This document shows, piece by piece, positions 38,101 through 51,776 of a stretch of 64,000 nt of DNA; the stretch's first letter is position 1, and the number at the start of each line of letters is the position of its first letter. Under the pieces are notes generated by a model. That model did not search any database. It was not told the origin of the DNA and worked only from the letters and a program-made list of their open reading frames with translations. The DNA comes from Marsupella aquatica (lineage: Eukaryota > Plantae > Marchantiophyta), in assembly GCA_973895155.1 (NCBI GenBank), contig OZ316896.1:16657752-16721751 (forward strand), written 5' to 3'. A program made the translations under genes and the position numbers.

Positions 38101-38845
38101 AATAGAATTATTTATATATGAATAGATTTATATAAAATTTGATTAATTTTTTCATTGTGGCAGGTATGGGAAGGTTAAAGGGTAGTTTGGGCATTTTTAA
38201 AAGGGGTGTATGGATAGATCTAACAGTGTGGAAAAAATTATGTTTTAATAAACATTCAAGATTGATTGTCACTTTTTTTAGTTTGTAAAGGGGCTGGATC
38301 AAGATTATAGTGGTACATGGTAAAAGGAGGTCTCCATGATACTCTTGCATTGCTAGAGACCCTCCTTATTTTCTTTGTACTATTAAATTCATTTTGTGCT
38401 TGGAAACATTGCTCTCCATTTTCATTCACAAAAGATATCATTCTTTCATGTTTTTCATTTTTGGGATATTGCAAATTTGAATGACTACTATCATTATTAT
38501 ATTTTTCAATATTATAATACTTGTAATAATATATAGTATCATATATATTATGTACTTTTGTATTTCATGTGTATACCTCCTTGATACTCATGCATGTACA
38601 TTCATTCTCTTGTTTTGTGTGCCCCATTGGTTCTAGCATTGGCTCCCTATTTTTGTGTCTCCCATTTGATTCCCCGTTTGTTTGGAATGTATTTATTATC
38701 TTTCGGTGCACACTAAATTTAATACAACCTTTATTCCTTCTCTTTGACATGATTAATATTTTTTAGACACTCTAAATTTGAATGATGACCACTTCATAGA
38801 AAGGCGCAACCTTGTATTATAATTTAGGATGTTCACTGTTTAGGT

Positions 38846-40125
38846 TGTTGAGAAAAGACGACATTCACAACATTTGGTAAGCCCATGATCATTCAACGCA
38901 CAATTAGTCAACATAGAGAGATATATGCGGTGATATGTGATTCACCTCAGCTGAGGCTAAGTCCACATAAGAACTTTATTGCACTCTCGGCCCGTTGGTA
39001 TACTGATCTCTGCAATATAGGATCTCCTTATCTCTCAACTAGCTCCGTAACAATGAGCTTAAGTAAACACTGCTTGAAATATAGTGTGCAAAATGTCTAA
39101 CCTAACCAAATACCCATTAAACCAAAAATTTGCTAATTTTTTTTTCTCAAGTTACACACCTTATTGATCCTATTTTAAACGGGAACAATGATTGCCAATA
39201 GCAATGTTTCCAAATTTTACCCGATGCCGTCAACAAGTCCAGGAGTGCAAAAACCTCCCGTTCCAACTTGCTCACTCCGCATCAAGTGCCAATCCTAGAC
39301 TCAAAATGATTCTTTTGTCGTGATCTCTTTGTTGAACCGTAGCACAAGTTAGATGCAACAACAAGGAACCCGGTTCAGGCAAACAAACTCCATAGCCTAT
39401 CCAAAAACAATAAATCTTCTTTTGCTCATTATGTCGCACTTCTTACGCAAGTGTCAGCAAACTGAGCTGTAGCATGCAACAGCTTGTTCACTGCAAAGCT
39501 CACACCATAAAAAATGTACTTTGGTCCCTCCTTCCAAAAACACAAAACTTCACTGAAAGTTCAAAAATTACACAAACTTTAATTCCTCCACACCACAAAG
39601 TAACTCAGATCGGTGATTCTAAGCACCGTTAGAAATTCCTCACACCAACCTATCTGCTGAGCCCATAACCTTTGCTTTCCATGCAACAAAACTCCGGAAA
39701 ACCCACTAACACAAAACGCTAGAAAAACCATCACAAAAAAAGAAAAAATCTCTTCACCTCCTAGGCATGCTCTAATACCAATTGTTGAGCAAAGACAATA
39801 TTCACAACGACAAGCCCATGATCATCCAATGCACAAGTAATTGACACTGTAAGAGATACATGGTTCACCTCAGCTAAGGTTACGTTTACAGGAACAAATA
39901 AGAGCTTTATTGCACTCTAGGCCCATTGGTTATACTGAGTCTCCGCAATACAAGATCTCTCTATGTCTCAACTGGCTTTGTAACAATGAACCTGAGTTAC
40001 TCTATCCAAACAAACACCGCTTGGGATATAGTGTACACAATGACTAACGTAACCAAGTCAACAACTAGGGTTAGCCCTATTGCGGTTATAGTCGTAACCC
40101 TAGACGTAAGAGTAAATGCCTCACA
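38846..40125 (-). mobile_element. Internally deleted LTR retrotransposon (~1.28 kb) with tRNA-Met PBS and 5-bp TSD
   Basis: Diverged direct repeats at 38846-~39105 and 39783-40125. The minus strand reads CAACA-AT-TGGTATTAGAGC (39769-39780). TAGGT flanks both ends (38841-38845; 40126-40130). Confidence 0.8.
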
Positions 40126-40984
40126 TAGGTGAGGATGTTTGTTTTTCACAATTTCCCTCACTCGCCATTGTGACCTTAGCTACTTGTTTTCTTGCTTGAT
40201 TATGCTGGAGCTTATGCTAAGTTTTTATGCTCTTTTGTGCTCCAATTCGATGTTGTGATTCATTGCAATTTTATTTTTATGCTCATTCTTGCTACCACGA
40301 CTCAGTTCTTGTTCCAAAATCCAGCTGGGATTGTGCTTAACTCTTGCCACAAAATCTTGGTATGACTTTGAAAACACATATTCTTGATTGCTGGTGTGTT
40401 GATGAACCTTTTGTCGACATAGGAGATTTTAAGCTGTTGGTGATAAACTGCAAGAATTTGCCAGATGATTGTTACGTAATGTGGACACCATTTGGGAGAG
40501 TCTAGTGGAGACTACTAGCACTATGCCTCTTGGCTTCAAAGGTGGTATCATTAATCATGTTGCCAAGGATGCATTGGTGATGTGCAATTGGCAAAGGTGT
40601 GTCCTTGACTAACTTGGCATAGTTATATAATCAATCTTCATAATGGTGTAAGGAGGCTGGACCTAATGTCAAAGCATATATTGTATCACCAAGTTTATTA
40701 AAGGGGTGCTCCAACTTTAGACATCCTTCCCCAAATGGTATGAAAAGCATTTAGTACTAGAATATCTAGATAAATCAGCAAAACAATTGTCTCTAAGTTA
40801 ACTTAAGTGTGAGGATCCCACAAAAGAGAGTTAAGTAGCTTGTCTTGCAGTGTTTTTGGCTCAAAAAGATTATGATATTAGAATGATATTCCTTAATCAT
40901 TCCCTTTTTATAACTCTGATGAACATTCTATGAATCACCCTTGGGTGACTTGGTACCCATGCAGCCATGCTCCTCATGACCTTA

Positions 40985-41321
40985 GAGCATCTCCAACCCA
41001 AGAGTTGACCAAACCCAGTAAAGAAAGCGCAAAGAGTCAGGTCCAACCCACTCACTGGAAAGCTATCAGGTCTTCAGGAACAGGGTTTTTTACTTATTGG
41101 ATTTGTATTTGGAAGAGATATACCTTGGGTTTGTTGCTGGATTGTCAAGATTTCAATTTATAGTTGTCAAATTGGTGATACCTAGTGTTTACGCCATCAA
41201 GGTTGAGGCTAAGTTTCAATTGGCCATGATATGTACACTGAACTATTATAAGAAAAGAACTTTGTCAGACTGAGTATTTAAGGCACCCAACAAGCAAAAC
41301 CCCGTTAGAATGGAGATGCTC
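40985..41321. mobile_element. Tourist-type (PIF/Harbinger) MITE, 337 bp
   Basis: Perfect 11-bp TIR GAGCATCTCCA / TGGAGATGCTC with TTA on both sides. Confidence 0.85.
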
Positions 41322-41709
41322 TTAGGGGGGCCTTACAAGAACTCCACAACAACAATTCTTTTTTCTGTGTGTGACATGCAATGTTAGGCAGTCAACTGTG
41401 GAAACACATTGCACTAAACTTTACATACATGAACTTGGGAGCACAAATAGGGCAGAACCATTACTCGTCCCAATCATCTGATGGAGGTCTCTTTTTTCCT
41501 GATGTGTATATGTTTTTGGTCACAGACTTAGACCTCTTGTGAGGTGGTCCAAGATTAGACCAAGCGGCCATTTCTTTTTAGGGCCTTTGCATTTATTAAC
41601 CCCAGACTTTACACATTTGGCTCAAGCATTCTAACTTTGGTGCGTGCATCTGGCCTTATGCTTTGCTTTGGATTGGAGATACATTGAATGGCCTCCACTA
41701 TATTATAAA

Positions 41710-42075
41710 TGTTTAGTAAAGAACGACTACTTATAAGGGAACATGCACAATCACGTGCAACATTCAACAAATAACACAAGTAGTTGACACAAGAGACATG
41801 TGATTCACTTCACCAGAGGTTACGTCCACAAGAACACATAAGAGAGCTCTTCTGAACTCTAAGCCCATCATCCATACCAAGTCTCCTCATACTAGTTCTC
41901 CCTATCTCTTGACTGTCTTGGTAACAATGAGCCTAAGTTTCATTCACAAACAAAGTCCTGCTAGTGAATTAATTAATGAGACACATCTAACCTTAGCCAA
42001 GCACTTGACTATCAAGGTTAGACTAATTGTGGCTACATTATAATTCTAGACAGGCTAAGAGTACATGCCTAAAAG
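41710..42075 (-). mobile_element. Degenerate solo LTR related to 38846-40125
   Basis: Shares GAGGTTACGTCCACAAGAAC, ACTCTAAGCCC, GTAACAATGAGC and TAAGAGTACATGCCT blocks with that LTR. No TSD was found. Confidence 0.5.
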
Positions 42076-45000
42076 TTGAAAACCCCTTACATAGTGTTGG
42101 CCCCACTTTTAAAGCAATTCTAATTAATTTATGATTACATTTCCACTAAACATGTTCAAACTGACAATATTGTCACTGTTGTTATTATATTTATCAAGAT
42201 GTCACAATTTTACAATGCTCCTAATGACAGATACAAAGGCCTAACCATGCCTGGGTCATAGGTAGTCAGCTATGAGAAGCATGTCAAGGTGAATTGTCTT
42301 TTCTCTACACTGCCCTGAAGTTCCTCTCGAGCAAATGTTGAGAGCAATCCACTTAGCCCTGGTCAAACTACTCAGATCTATGTTCGTCCCAAGACTGCCA
42401 TGAAGCTTCCATTTAAAAAACGTAAAGTTTTGTGAGAAAACAAGAATATTTGTGGGTGACCTTCCACATTGAGGAGGCAGGCCGTTAAAGTTTAAAGCCA
42501 CCTACTGTAGAAGTGGGATGGCGACCTGATCAGGGACTGCTGTGTGGATTATATTTTCCTTCTATATATGTCTTGATGTGGGTATGCAATCGCTTTATAG
42601 GAATTGCGCTCGTGGACAATGTAAATTTGAGCATACATTCTGGACAGAAAATACACAGAATGGCGGAGTGACCTGGGGAAGACAACTTTAGCCAAGTTAA
42701 CTATATACAACAGTCATGACATATTTGTACTACAATAAAATAATCATAGTTTTGTCAATAGGAATATCTTTTTGTGGGAAAGAAGTTGAGAATTGTTTAC
42801 TAGTAGACAAGTCTTGAGCTTCTTAAACATGCCTGTCACTTTCAAAAAAGTGGTGTAGCTTTCTTGTACTTCTCAAATAATGACCTTAATTAGGTTTTTA
42901 TTAGTGTTCTCAGCTTCCTTTGCCTTATTGAGAATACATTTGTTTCAATTTATTTTACAAAATGTGTATCTTTTGTATTTTTGTACTTTGAAATTATTGT
43001 CATCCTCGTAAAGTTTATAATTTTCCTTTTGAGACCCTCCACTCTAGGTTTACATTTTATTTTTCAATCTTACCCATCTTTTGTTAGGATATGTTGTTTT
43101 AATACTTATATTCAAGTTATATTATATATATTTTTCATACACTATTAATGGATACCTAGACCTTAAGCTTTATTTTCTCAAGAGTGTGAAGAATCCAAGG
43201 GATGTGAGAAACAAACACTTCAAATAATGCCACCTCTCCCCTCTTATATAGCTCAGAAAATTAATAAAGTGTACTTTAATAGGTGTCCACTATGGCTTTG
43301 CCCGACTGGTATGGGGAAAACCTTATACCCTCCCAACACTTGTCATAAAGACTTTCAAACTTTGGCTCCTTCATTCAAGAGATTCTCATTTATTCAAGTG
43401 ATCTTGGTCTTTGAGTCTATCTTTAGAACAAGAAGTCGTCATCCAGTTTGCTTTGGTAGGGGCTTTGGTGAAAACAAGTGTCCCATTTCTTGTTAAGCCA
43501 CCCTTACTATACCTCATATAAACCATGGAAATTTAAGCATAGTCCCTTTAAGTTTGTTCTGTTCAATAGACATGTTTATGCAAACAAAAAACAAAGGCTT
43601 AGGAACAAGCCATGTAGCCTTTCTCACTAGTTAGCTAATTAGATTCTGTGTCACTCAGCTAAAAAATAAAATAAAGAAAGTCTGTGTCAGCTTGCCTTGA
43701 CCCTAATCCACACTCCCAATGCCTAATAACATATGGTCAACATGATCGATGGAATTGTAATTTTTTGAGAGAAGAGAAGAGGAATAAAGCAACTTTTAGA
43801 TCACTCGTGTAATCCTGATGGGAGTGTCTTTGAATTGAATGTGAAAGGTGCAAGGGAATATGTTAAGTCAGTTATTCCTCTTAGTTTGGTATTCTTGAAC
43901 GGGTATCCAGTGGTTTTTTTGTGATGATTTATAACTAGAAACCTTTACCTAAAGTCATGGGCAATTTAACACAAAGGAGGAAAACAACAAAATTAAGGCA
44001 AAGTCAAACTTCCCCAAGTTGATGCATATCAATCATCAAAATATAAATTATTGGATAGGGGTCATGAAAAAAGTCATTGGTTGTAATAGGTGAGCAACAA
44101 TGTAAATTGCCAAGATGAGTTTTTCTGTCATTTTAGTGTAGCGACATTGTTAGTGACATGTAGAGTTGCTTTAACAAAATTCCAGTTTATCCTGCGTGAA
44201 CCCAGAGGATGGGGGATACGAGCAGGCTGAGAGCCATGTCAGGAAATAAAACCAAAGAGCCACAAAAAAGAACCTAGCGGCAAGGGCTCAGTTTCCTATG
44301 GAATTCTGAGCAACCCCACCAGCCCCAATCAATTTCAAAAAGTTTTCTTGCGCCTCACCACTCAGCCACGTAGAGGTAGTTTAGAACCTTAATGTGTTAG
44401 CGATATCCACAGCAGGTAGTGGGGCTTGCTAGTGACTTGTGTATATGATGGTGGCCTAGCTTGCCAGTTCCCTTAGTTATCAATGGCAATTGAGGTTAGG
44501 TCCCCACTTTGCAGCATCACTTTAGGATCTTAAATTGCCACATTCCTACACCCTAATCCCTTAATCACAATTTTGACTATGTTATTAAGTAACTTTGGAG
44601 ATGACAAACACGTATTGTGCAAAGCAAGAATTCTGGTAGATAGATCTCACAGTGGCATGGCATTGTATTGCACAGTGAACATCGAGGCAAGATAATAAAA
44701 GAGTCCAGTTGCATGGGTTGCCCTTGTGCAGTTTCTCCTTCTTAATTTTATTTAAATGCTTCAGTATGCAACAGAGAGATATACTTGAGGACATCCAAAA
44801 TCAAAGATGTTACCTTATGGCCTCATGAGTGACCCAGACCCTTGATGTACCTTGAGTCAAGGTACCCAAATTTCATGGGGTCCATCAAGTAATACTTTCC
44901 TATTAAAGGGTCCATCAATTATATCTCTCCTATGCAACAGGATGGTGAAAGGATTAAGCAACTGCATAACTGAAACTGCACTTCATCAGTAAGAGCTGGT

Positions 45001-47104
45001 AGTTTATGAGGATATCCTGAACACCTGCTTTGTCTCCCCCATTTTTCCTAGCGATTTGAGGGTGAGGCATTAATTTGGCATTCTGTCGTATGGATTGGTT
45101 AAATAAAGGGAGTGCTATAAACATGCCAATATCTTCTACAAACTGGCCCCAGGATAGAGCTTTTAGAGCATTGCATTGCCTGCAGTTATTATTCTCACAC
45201 AATAACACCATGTGGTTCTTTCTGGCTGGCTGTTGCTCCATTGCTTCAGTGTATTTTGCTTTGGGAACAAAGGGATAGTTTTTGCTTTGCTTTGGGAACC
45301 AAGGGATAGTTAGGTTTTTGCTGCCGGTTATTTGATTATACTCGCCCTTGCATTATTGCAAAGGTTTCACCCTGCTGAGCCTTTCTCCAGGGCATGCTGC
45401 ATAAAAGTTAGGTCAAGGAAAATGATGCTCAGATGGACCACAATGTATAACCAAGTAACTCGGATGGACCCACAGCTCATGAAACCCAAACGAGTGATCA
45501 TTAATACAAATAATGAGCGATACAATTTAAGTTTGGTAGGACTTTCGCTATTTTTGGCTTGGTCACTTTAAGGGCATCATATTTGCTACAATACTCACCT
45601 TGCTTTGAGGAGTGCCTGATGTAACTCAAAGGCCAACAGTTTTACCGTGTAAAATTGTCTCATCTTTGCTTGGCCGAAAATCCTGGCAATCGGCTTTCCT
45701 CACACAGTGTTGGATTACCTTAATTCCGGGGATTTTTTTTTGTCTGTTTTCACAAACTCACTCAAGTTTCTGCATAAGTTAAGGTTCTGATCACAGCATT
45801 GTGAGCCATATAGCATGCTCATCCTCGAATATATTTGATATTTTGTCTTTTAGTGACATGTAAGTGGATAAAATATGAGAAAGAACTAGAATACATATTA
45901 AGTGCAAGTGGGATAAAATAATATAAATAGAGCACATGCAAAGAAAAGCACATAGTCATGTGACCAATGAAAAGTACCTTCAAGTGCTATGGCACAAAGG
46001 TGCTACAATGTGTGCACTTATTAATTCAATGTGCTGAAACTCAATTCAATAAAAACCATAAACTTAGGAAAGAAAGCCATGAGGGGAACATAATGTGTTC
46101 AGATTATTTGCAATCATTTTTCTCTCGCATGAGAAGACTTGAAAATTTTGTTCAAGTGGTAGAAATTAAAGTCAGTGGTTAATCTAAGAGACACCAAAGA
46201 CAAAATGAGTTCAAAATTGTTAAGATACCAAAACTTAAAGGGGTCCAAAAATTAATTAAAAATGTATATGATACAAAGGATGCCCCTTGATAAGGCACAT
46301 TGAAAATAAAAATCCAAGACACAAACAATATGAATAAGACAAAATCTGAAAGGTGATTCACCATATAGGAGCTTGAAATGCCATAATGTCCTCTCAAATT
46401 TGGGCTGAAGCCTTTATTGGGGGACATTCTATCCAGAATGCCTGTAACCAGGACATTGCCCTGTTAAAAACTTGGGACTTTTGTGGGGCATTATATGTCA
46501 GAATGCCCTCTAACCAGGACAATATACTATCAATACTCTTGGTTAACGATGGCCTCTATGGATTGCAAGAGTCCCACTTGGGGTGTTTGTCAATTGTTAT
46601 AGACTAAAGCGCTTACCTCCACCTTTCCTCCAATAAGAAAAAACACAATGTGGCCAACTCTGGTCACGCCCCCCACCGGTTTCATCATCAAGTTGCGATT
46701 TGGGGGTAAGGAATTGTCAGGTTGTCAGACTCATTGTCCAAAAAGGTGTGTGACTAATGACTCTTTGGGAGAAATGTCTCGAGCTCAGCGTTATTTTTAG
46801 TGTTGAAATTTCCTCAAAGTCCACCTCACTGAAATGTATTGGCCACTTTTGGCCAGGCTTTTTGTCTTCAGTTTTCAAGTTCCTTCCTTGCCTGGGACCC
46901 CTACAGGCAATCTGACTGTTATCCTTAATCTAGGAAGATCTAATGGTCAGGAATTAAGTAAAATTAAATAGAAATATTCTTAGCATCTTCTCTTTGGCCA
47001 GCATTTGAACCACATTTTGGGGGTCAATGGGAGTTTGGGGCCATAACTTGATGATCATGAGTACTAAAACAAGTTTTAGTTTTGCACCTGCAAGGTAACT
47101 AGAG

Positions 47105-47392
47105 AAGGAGGAGACAAAAAAACACAAGCTCAAATATTTAATACCGACACAATGAAAATTAATCTCATGGAATTGACCCACCACTTATGATGAAAAGAGA
47201 AAGAGGAGACCAAACAAAAACACAAGCTCAAATTTTTAATACTGACACAATGAAAATTAATCTCATGGAATTGACCCTCCACTTATGATCAAAAGAGAAG
47301 GCTGAGACAAAAAAAAAAAACACAAGCTCAAATATTTAATACTGACACAATGAAAATTAATCTCATGGAATTGACCCTCCACTTTTATCATG
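47105..47392. repeat. Tandem repeat, ~95-100-bp unit x3
   Basis: ACACAAGCTCAAATATTTAATACTGACACAATGAAAATTAATCTCATGGAATTGACCC occurs three times. Confidence 0.9.
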
Positions 47393-50300
47393 AAAAACTC
47401 AACTAGAATGGTTAGGAACTCACTGTCACTGTGATGGAAGTGTAGTCTACCTACTATTCTAGCATTTAAAATTGAATTTATGAATATCAGGTTATTACAT
47501 TTAGACTCAAATTTTGGGGAAATGTGTTTCATGGGGGTTCCGAAGACCAACCTTGTGGTCCATGGGGGCTTCAAATTAGTGGCATTGCCTCGGCCAACAA
47601 TAGTTTTAATTTTTGTTGTAGCCTGGGCTAGCTTCCACATGCTGATGTCATCAGTGTCATGAGAGGACGCTTTGTGCGGTTACTCCGATGCAAGATCCCG
47701 TTTCCGCATGGAAAAGTGGGTCAGTTTTGCCAGTGCCTTTTGGGAAAGGTTACCTGCTCGTGGAGCAATTGATGAAGGGGAGATCCGAAAGCTCTCTGGT
47801 CGTTTCTTTCTACTCGACAACAAAACAAGCTCTCTAGTGTCTCTTACGCAAGCCTTGCCTTGGCCGTGGCCCCACTCCTGTTCTCTACAGTCCCAACCGA
47901 AATTCGCTCCTTTCTTACGTAATGAATTACGTTTGCCTCTCGATAGTTCCCTCATTATTCAATAGACTAATAGAGGGCTTTACAAGACGACTGGAGTAAG
48001 ATTTCATCCCAGGCAATAGTTTACTGTCATGGCTAGTTCTTGATTTGTAGAAGAAAGAGTGTGATGGCCATTTTATCTCCAGTTTGCCCGAGCCTACATG
48101 AGAGTGGATGGGTCGTATCCACCTGTACAGTGTTTATGTGGCCAATGTTTAGACCACCTCTCCAAATTCACGTCCACTTGTGCTAGTTCAAAGGTTTGGA
48201 TGAAGATCCTGTCCCAACTAATGACTAATATATAAAAAGAAAATTTTATAGTATTCAATTTTTTTTGGGTCAATAGTCTATACTATCCTACTCGCCAAGA
48301 GCACTATTGTGGAGGGGCATGACACATTCAAGAGCATAACCAGAGAGAGGGAGGGGGGGGGGGACTGACCAACTGGCTTTTGTATGGCCAGAAAGGACAT
48401 AAGAACAAGCAAGGGGTGTATCAGAGTGCTTTGGGGAAAGAATCTCTAGAGTCCTGAGTCACGGGTACTCAAGATTGAGGTAGAGATCATTTCTATCAAA
48501 TCTTGATATGGCGGTGTGCTATTTGCTAAAAAATATGACACAAATATTGCATGTTATCTTTGCTCAAACTTACGTTCTGGCATTTTTGGTGGACCCGCTA
48601 TTTGATAAAAAATATGACACCATGTTATTCAAGCTCAAACTTAAGTTATGGCACTTTTAGTGGACCCCAATGAAAAGTTCCTTCCAATCCATGGCAACAC
48701 ATGCAGTCACATCAGCACCATTGATCACAAACAAGAAAGGCTAGTTGTGCAAAAAAACCAAACCTACTGATTTGTGTTGGAGCCAAGGCAAGGAAAGAAA
48801 CCATTAGACCCTCTAACAATAGAAACTATGGAAATAAAAATGCAATAATTCAAATAAACAAACAAAGGGGTATTAGAAAACAACGTTTTGGATTATGTTA
48901 GGACACTTGACGTGGACTATAGATCTTGCCACATTTGTTTCTGATGTGGACGCACTAGTGAGGTGTTGCATACAGTGCTTTGTGCTTTCTCTTCTTCTTT
49001 GGTTTTCTTTTTGCTTGTTTAGTGTTTGTCTATTTGGACCTCTTTTTCTTTCCTTTCATTCTACTTTGTTTTTTCCCTGATTTATAAATTTTGGTGGAAG
49101 TTGGTTTTTTTGGATGGTTGGTGCTTTTAAATTAGTTTTGTTGTGATTTCACATATAAGTGTTTTCCAGTAAAATGTTTGCATTTTCTATTTAATTGAAT
49201 TTTTTTTGAAACGGCCATAGATAGGAATAAACCCTTCTGCTTCAATCTGTAAATGCTTCATAGACTATATGGATAGTCAGAGGACTATCAACTGAATGTA
49301 AGAAACCCTTCGACTATTATAGACAGAGGAAGACAAAAGGAATGTAAGAGACCTTGCATAGCTTTTTGTACGGATTCTATGGACAAAGGGGTACATGGAT
49401 GTACCGTGAATAATATATTCTTTGTCTTTACCTAATTATTGTAAAACCCCATCCATTCAGAATTCTCCATTTAGTCTTTGTCCTCTCATTTCCATATTCA
49501 AATCTATACATGCAACTTTTGATCTCTCCAACTTGTTGAATAACAGCAAGGTTACACAACCAAGGGGTCCTCAAACTAGTTTTGTTTTGGAAGGGAGGGG
49601 GGGGGGGGGGGAGATGAGGGGTGAAGCTTGTTGCATGAGAATAGTGTGATATGGATCGTGTTCATTCAGTTGAAATATCCTGTGGTTCTATCAGTTTTGT
49701 ATTATAGGGACAAAAGAATATTAGCGTCCAAACGGGACATATGGGAAAACTCAGTTTCCTTGGAAAATTTCGGAAAACAGTATAGGAAGATATTGCGTTT
49801 TTCTCTCTAGTGTTACTTTTCCGTTCACAAGATTTCTGCCTGCAGCTCATGAGAAAAGCCTGACAAATTTATAAAAAGCGAAGCGGGATAGGCCAAAGGT
49901 GGATGGTAAATACCATGCAGTGACCCCACTGGTGCTAAGCAGATAACTAGATTTAACACTGAGGTATGTCAGTTTGGACTATACCAAGCAAGACCCAAGT
50001 TGCATATCTCATTGGTTAATGCACGAGATTCTGCTCCAGCCGGTCCCTGATTCAAATTTTCTTGCATGACCTATAGGGGCTCCAATGTTTTATGCACTTT
50101 CTTGAGCTTTTTAACAAGAGTAGCCGCTTTGCATGACTTAGGTTACACAATCATACTACTGAGATTGCCTTGTTCTCCACTTATGCAATGGGGACATGTG
50201 TTGGTTCTCAAGTGGTGGTGGAGTGTTGCCATGATATAGATGCTCCCATGTATATATCATTATGAGCTGCAATTACATCAAGATCGAAATAAGATCGGTA

Positions 50301-51768
50301 GCATTACTTTTTTTTGGAAGATACCTCCCCAAAATTGAGACGAATGTTCAAGTTATTTCCTCTTTCCTCCCCTTTAGTTGACCACTACGAAGTACTTTAA
50401 CACTTTCTCAGAAGTCAGAATTGTTGAACTTTGAAGCCATCCCTCATGAGGTAGTCTATTTTTTGGGGGGCTTGTGGTTGAAAAGAAATGAAAGAAGGTA
50501 ACTTCAGCGAAGGGGGACTACTTGTGTTACCATCTACCATGTACTGTCCCCCCTTACTATGTGCATAACGACCAATCTTGCCCCTGGCCCCATGACTTAA
50601 TTCCATATGTAGTTTCTACCATGGAGGGAGGTGTAGAGGGAATTCTCATTGGATGCATTCATTTAGTGGGCCTTAAATATCATCTCAATTTTGAGGAGAA
50701 AATTGAATTGAAGCACTTGATACAGTTTGTGAAAATGAGTGCTGTTGCAGATATGATATTTAACGATGTTCTGAGAACCAATTTAAATTAAAGAGTGGGG
50801 GAGCCTGGTTGCATCAACCTGGGCCCTTGGTGTGGGGACTAGCATGAAGGGCAAGGGCATCAGACACAGAAGGCAAGGGCAAGAAGAGGACAAGGTGAGA
50901 GAGGGCACATTAGGAAGGGCATCGGGCACAGAGGATGAGGGCAAAGGCAGGGCCAAGTACAGTCCACAAGTTGAAGACAGGGCAGGAAAGATAGGATTAA
51001 GGGAGTGCAAGGGGCCTCTTGGAAGATAATACGGTTTGGAAAAACAGTAACTGTGTCAGTGAACTGTCAGTATTCATTCTTGCCCATTTCACTTTTTGTA
51101 AACAAACAGCAAAGGATTGAATGATGCCATGGGCAGTTTATGAATCACTAAATTCACAAAATTAAAGGTGCATAAGAGATCACCATCCAACTCTAGGGGA
51201 GGGGGGTCATTCAAAATCTTCCAACCCATCAGGTATAATTGTCAGTATGGTGTTTTAAATTAAATTTTAAAAAACATAAAAGATAAAATTTTAAAAACTT
51301 AAAAGACAAAATTTTAAAAAATAATTAAAGAATATTCCAAAAATATAATAAATTTACAGGGGTAAGACATCTCCCCAAAAATCATTATATAATCTCCCCA
51401 GTAATTTAATCCCTATAAACATCGCATGTGGTGCTCCAGGAGGACCAGAATCCAGATAGTGCCCCCAAGCGATCCAACTTCAGACGGATGAACAAACAAG
51501 AAATCATGTTGCCCAGTTAAATTAGAAATTAAATAATGACAACAGGAAAAATAGAAGCAGGTCTTCTGTGATTCGTCTGTATTGTATGGCCACACGCTCA
51601 CTTATCCCCGAATGAAATAAAATAATATGGGAATTTTAAGCAAAGAGACCTGGGAGGTGGTCGGACATATTTCCGTGCATCCTGTGCAAGACACCTGTTT
51701 CTAGCCTGCATTTTGCCAACTTGGCAATTACACTCCGCACTCATGCACCTTCACCAGCGCGGGCATGT

Positions 51769-51776
51769 GCCACGTA
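51769..51776 (-). promoter_or_regulatory. Possible ABRE/G-box upstream of the EGY3-like gene
   Basis: TACGTGGC on the minus strand lies at the start of a CpG-rich block preceding probable 5'-UTR exons. It is a single short motif. Confidence 0.25.
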
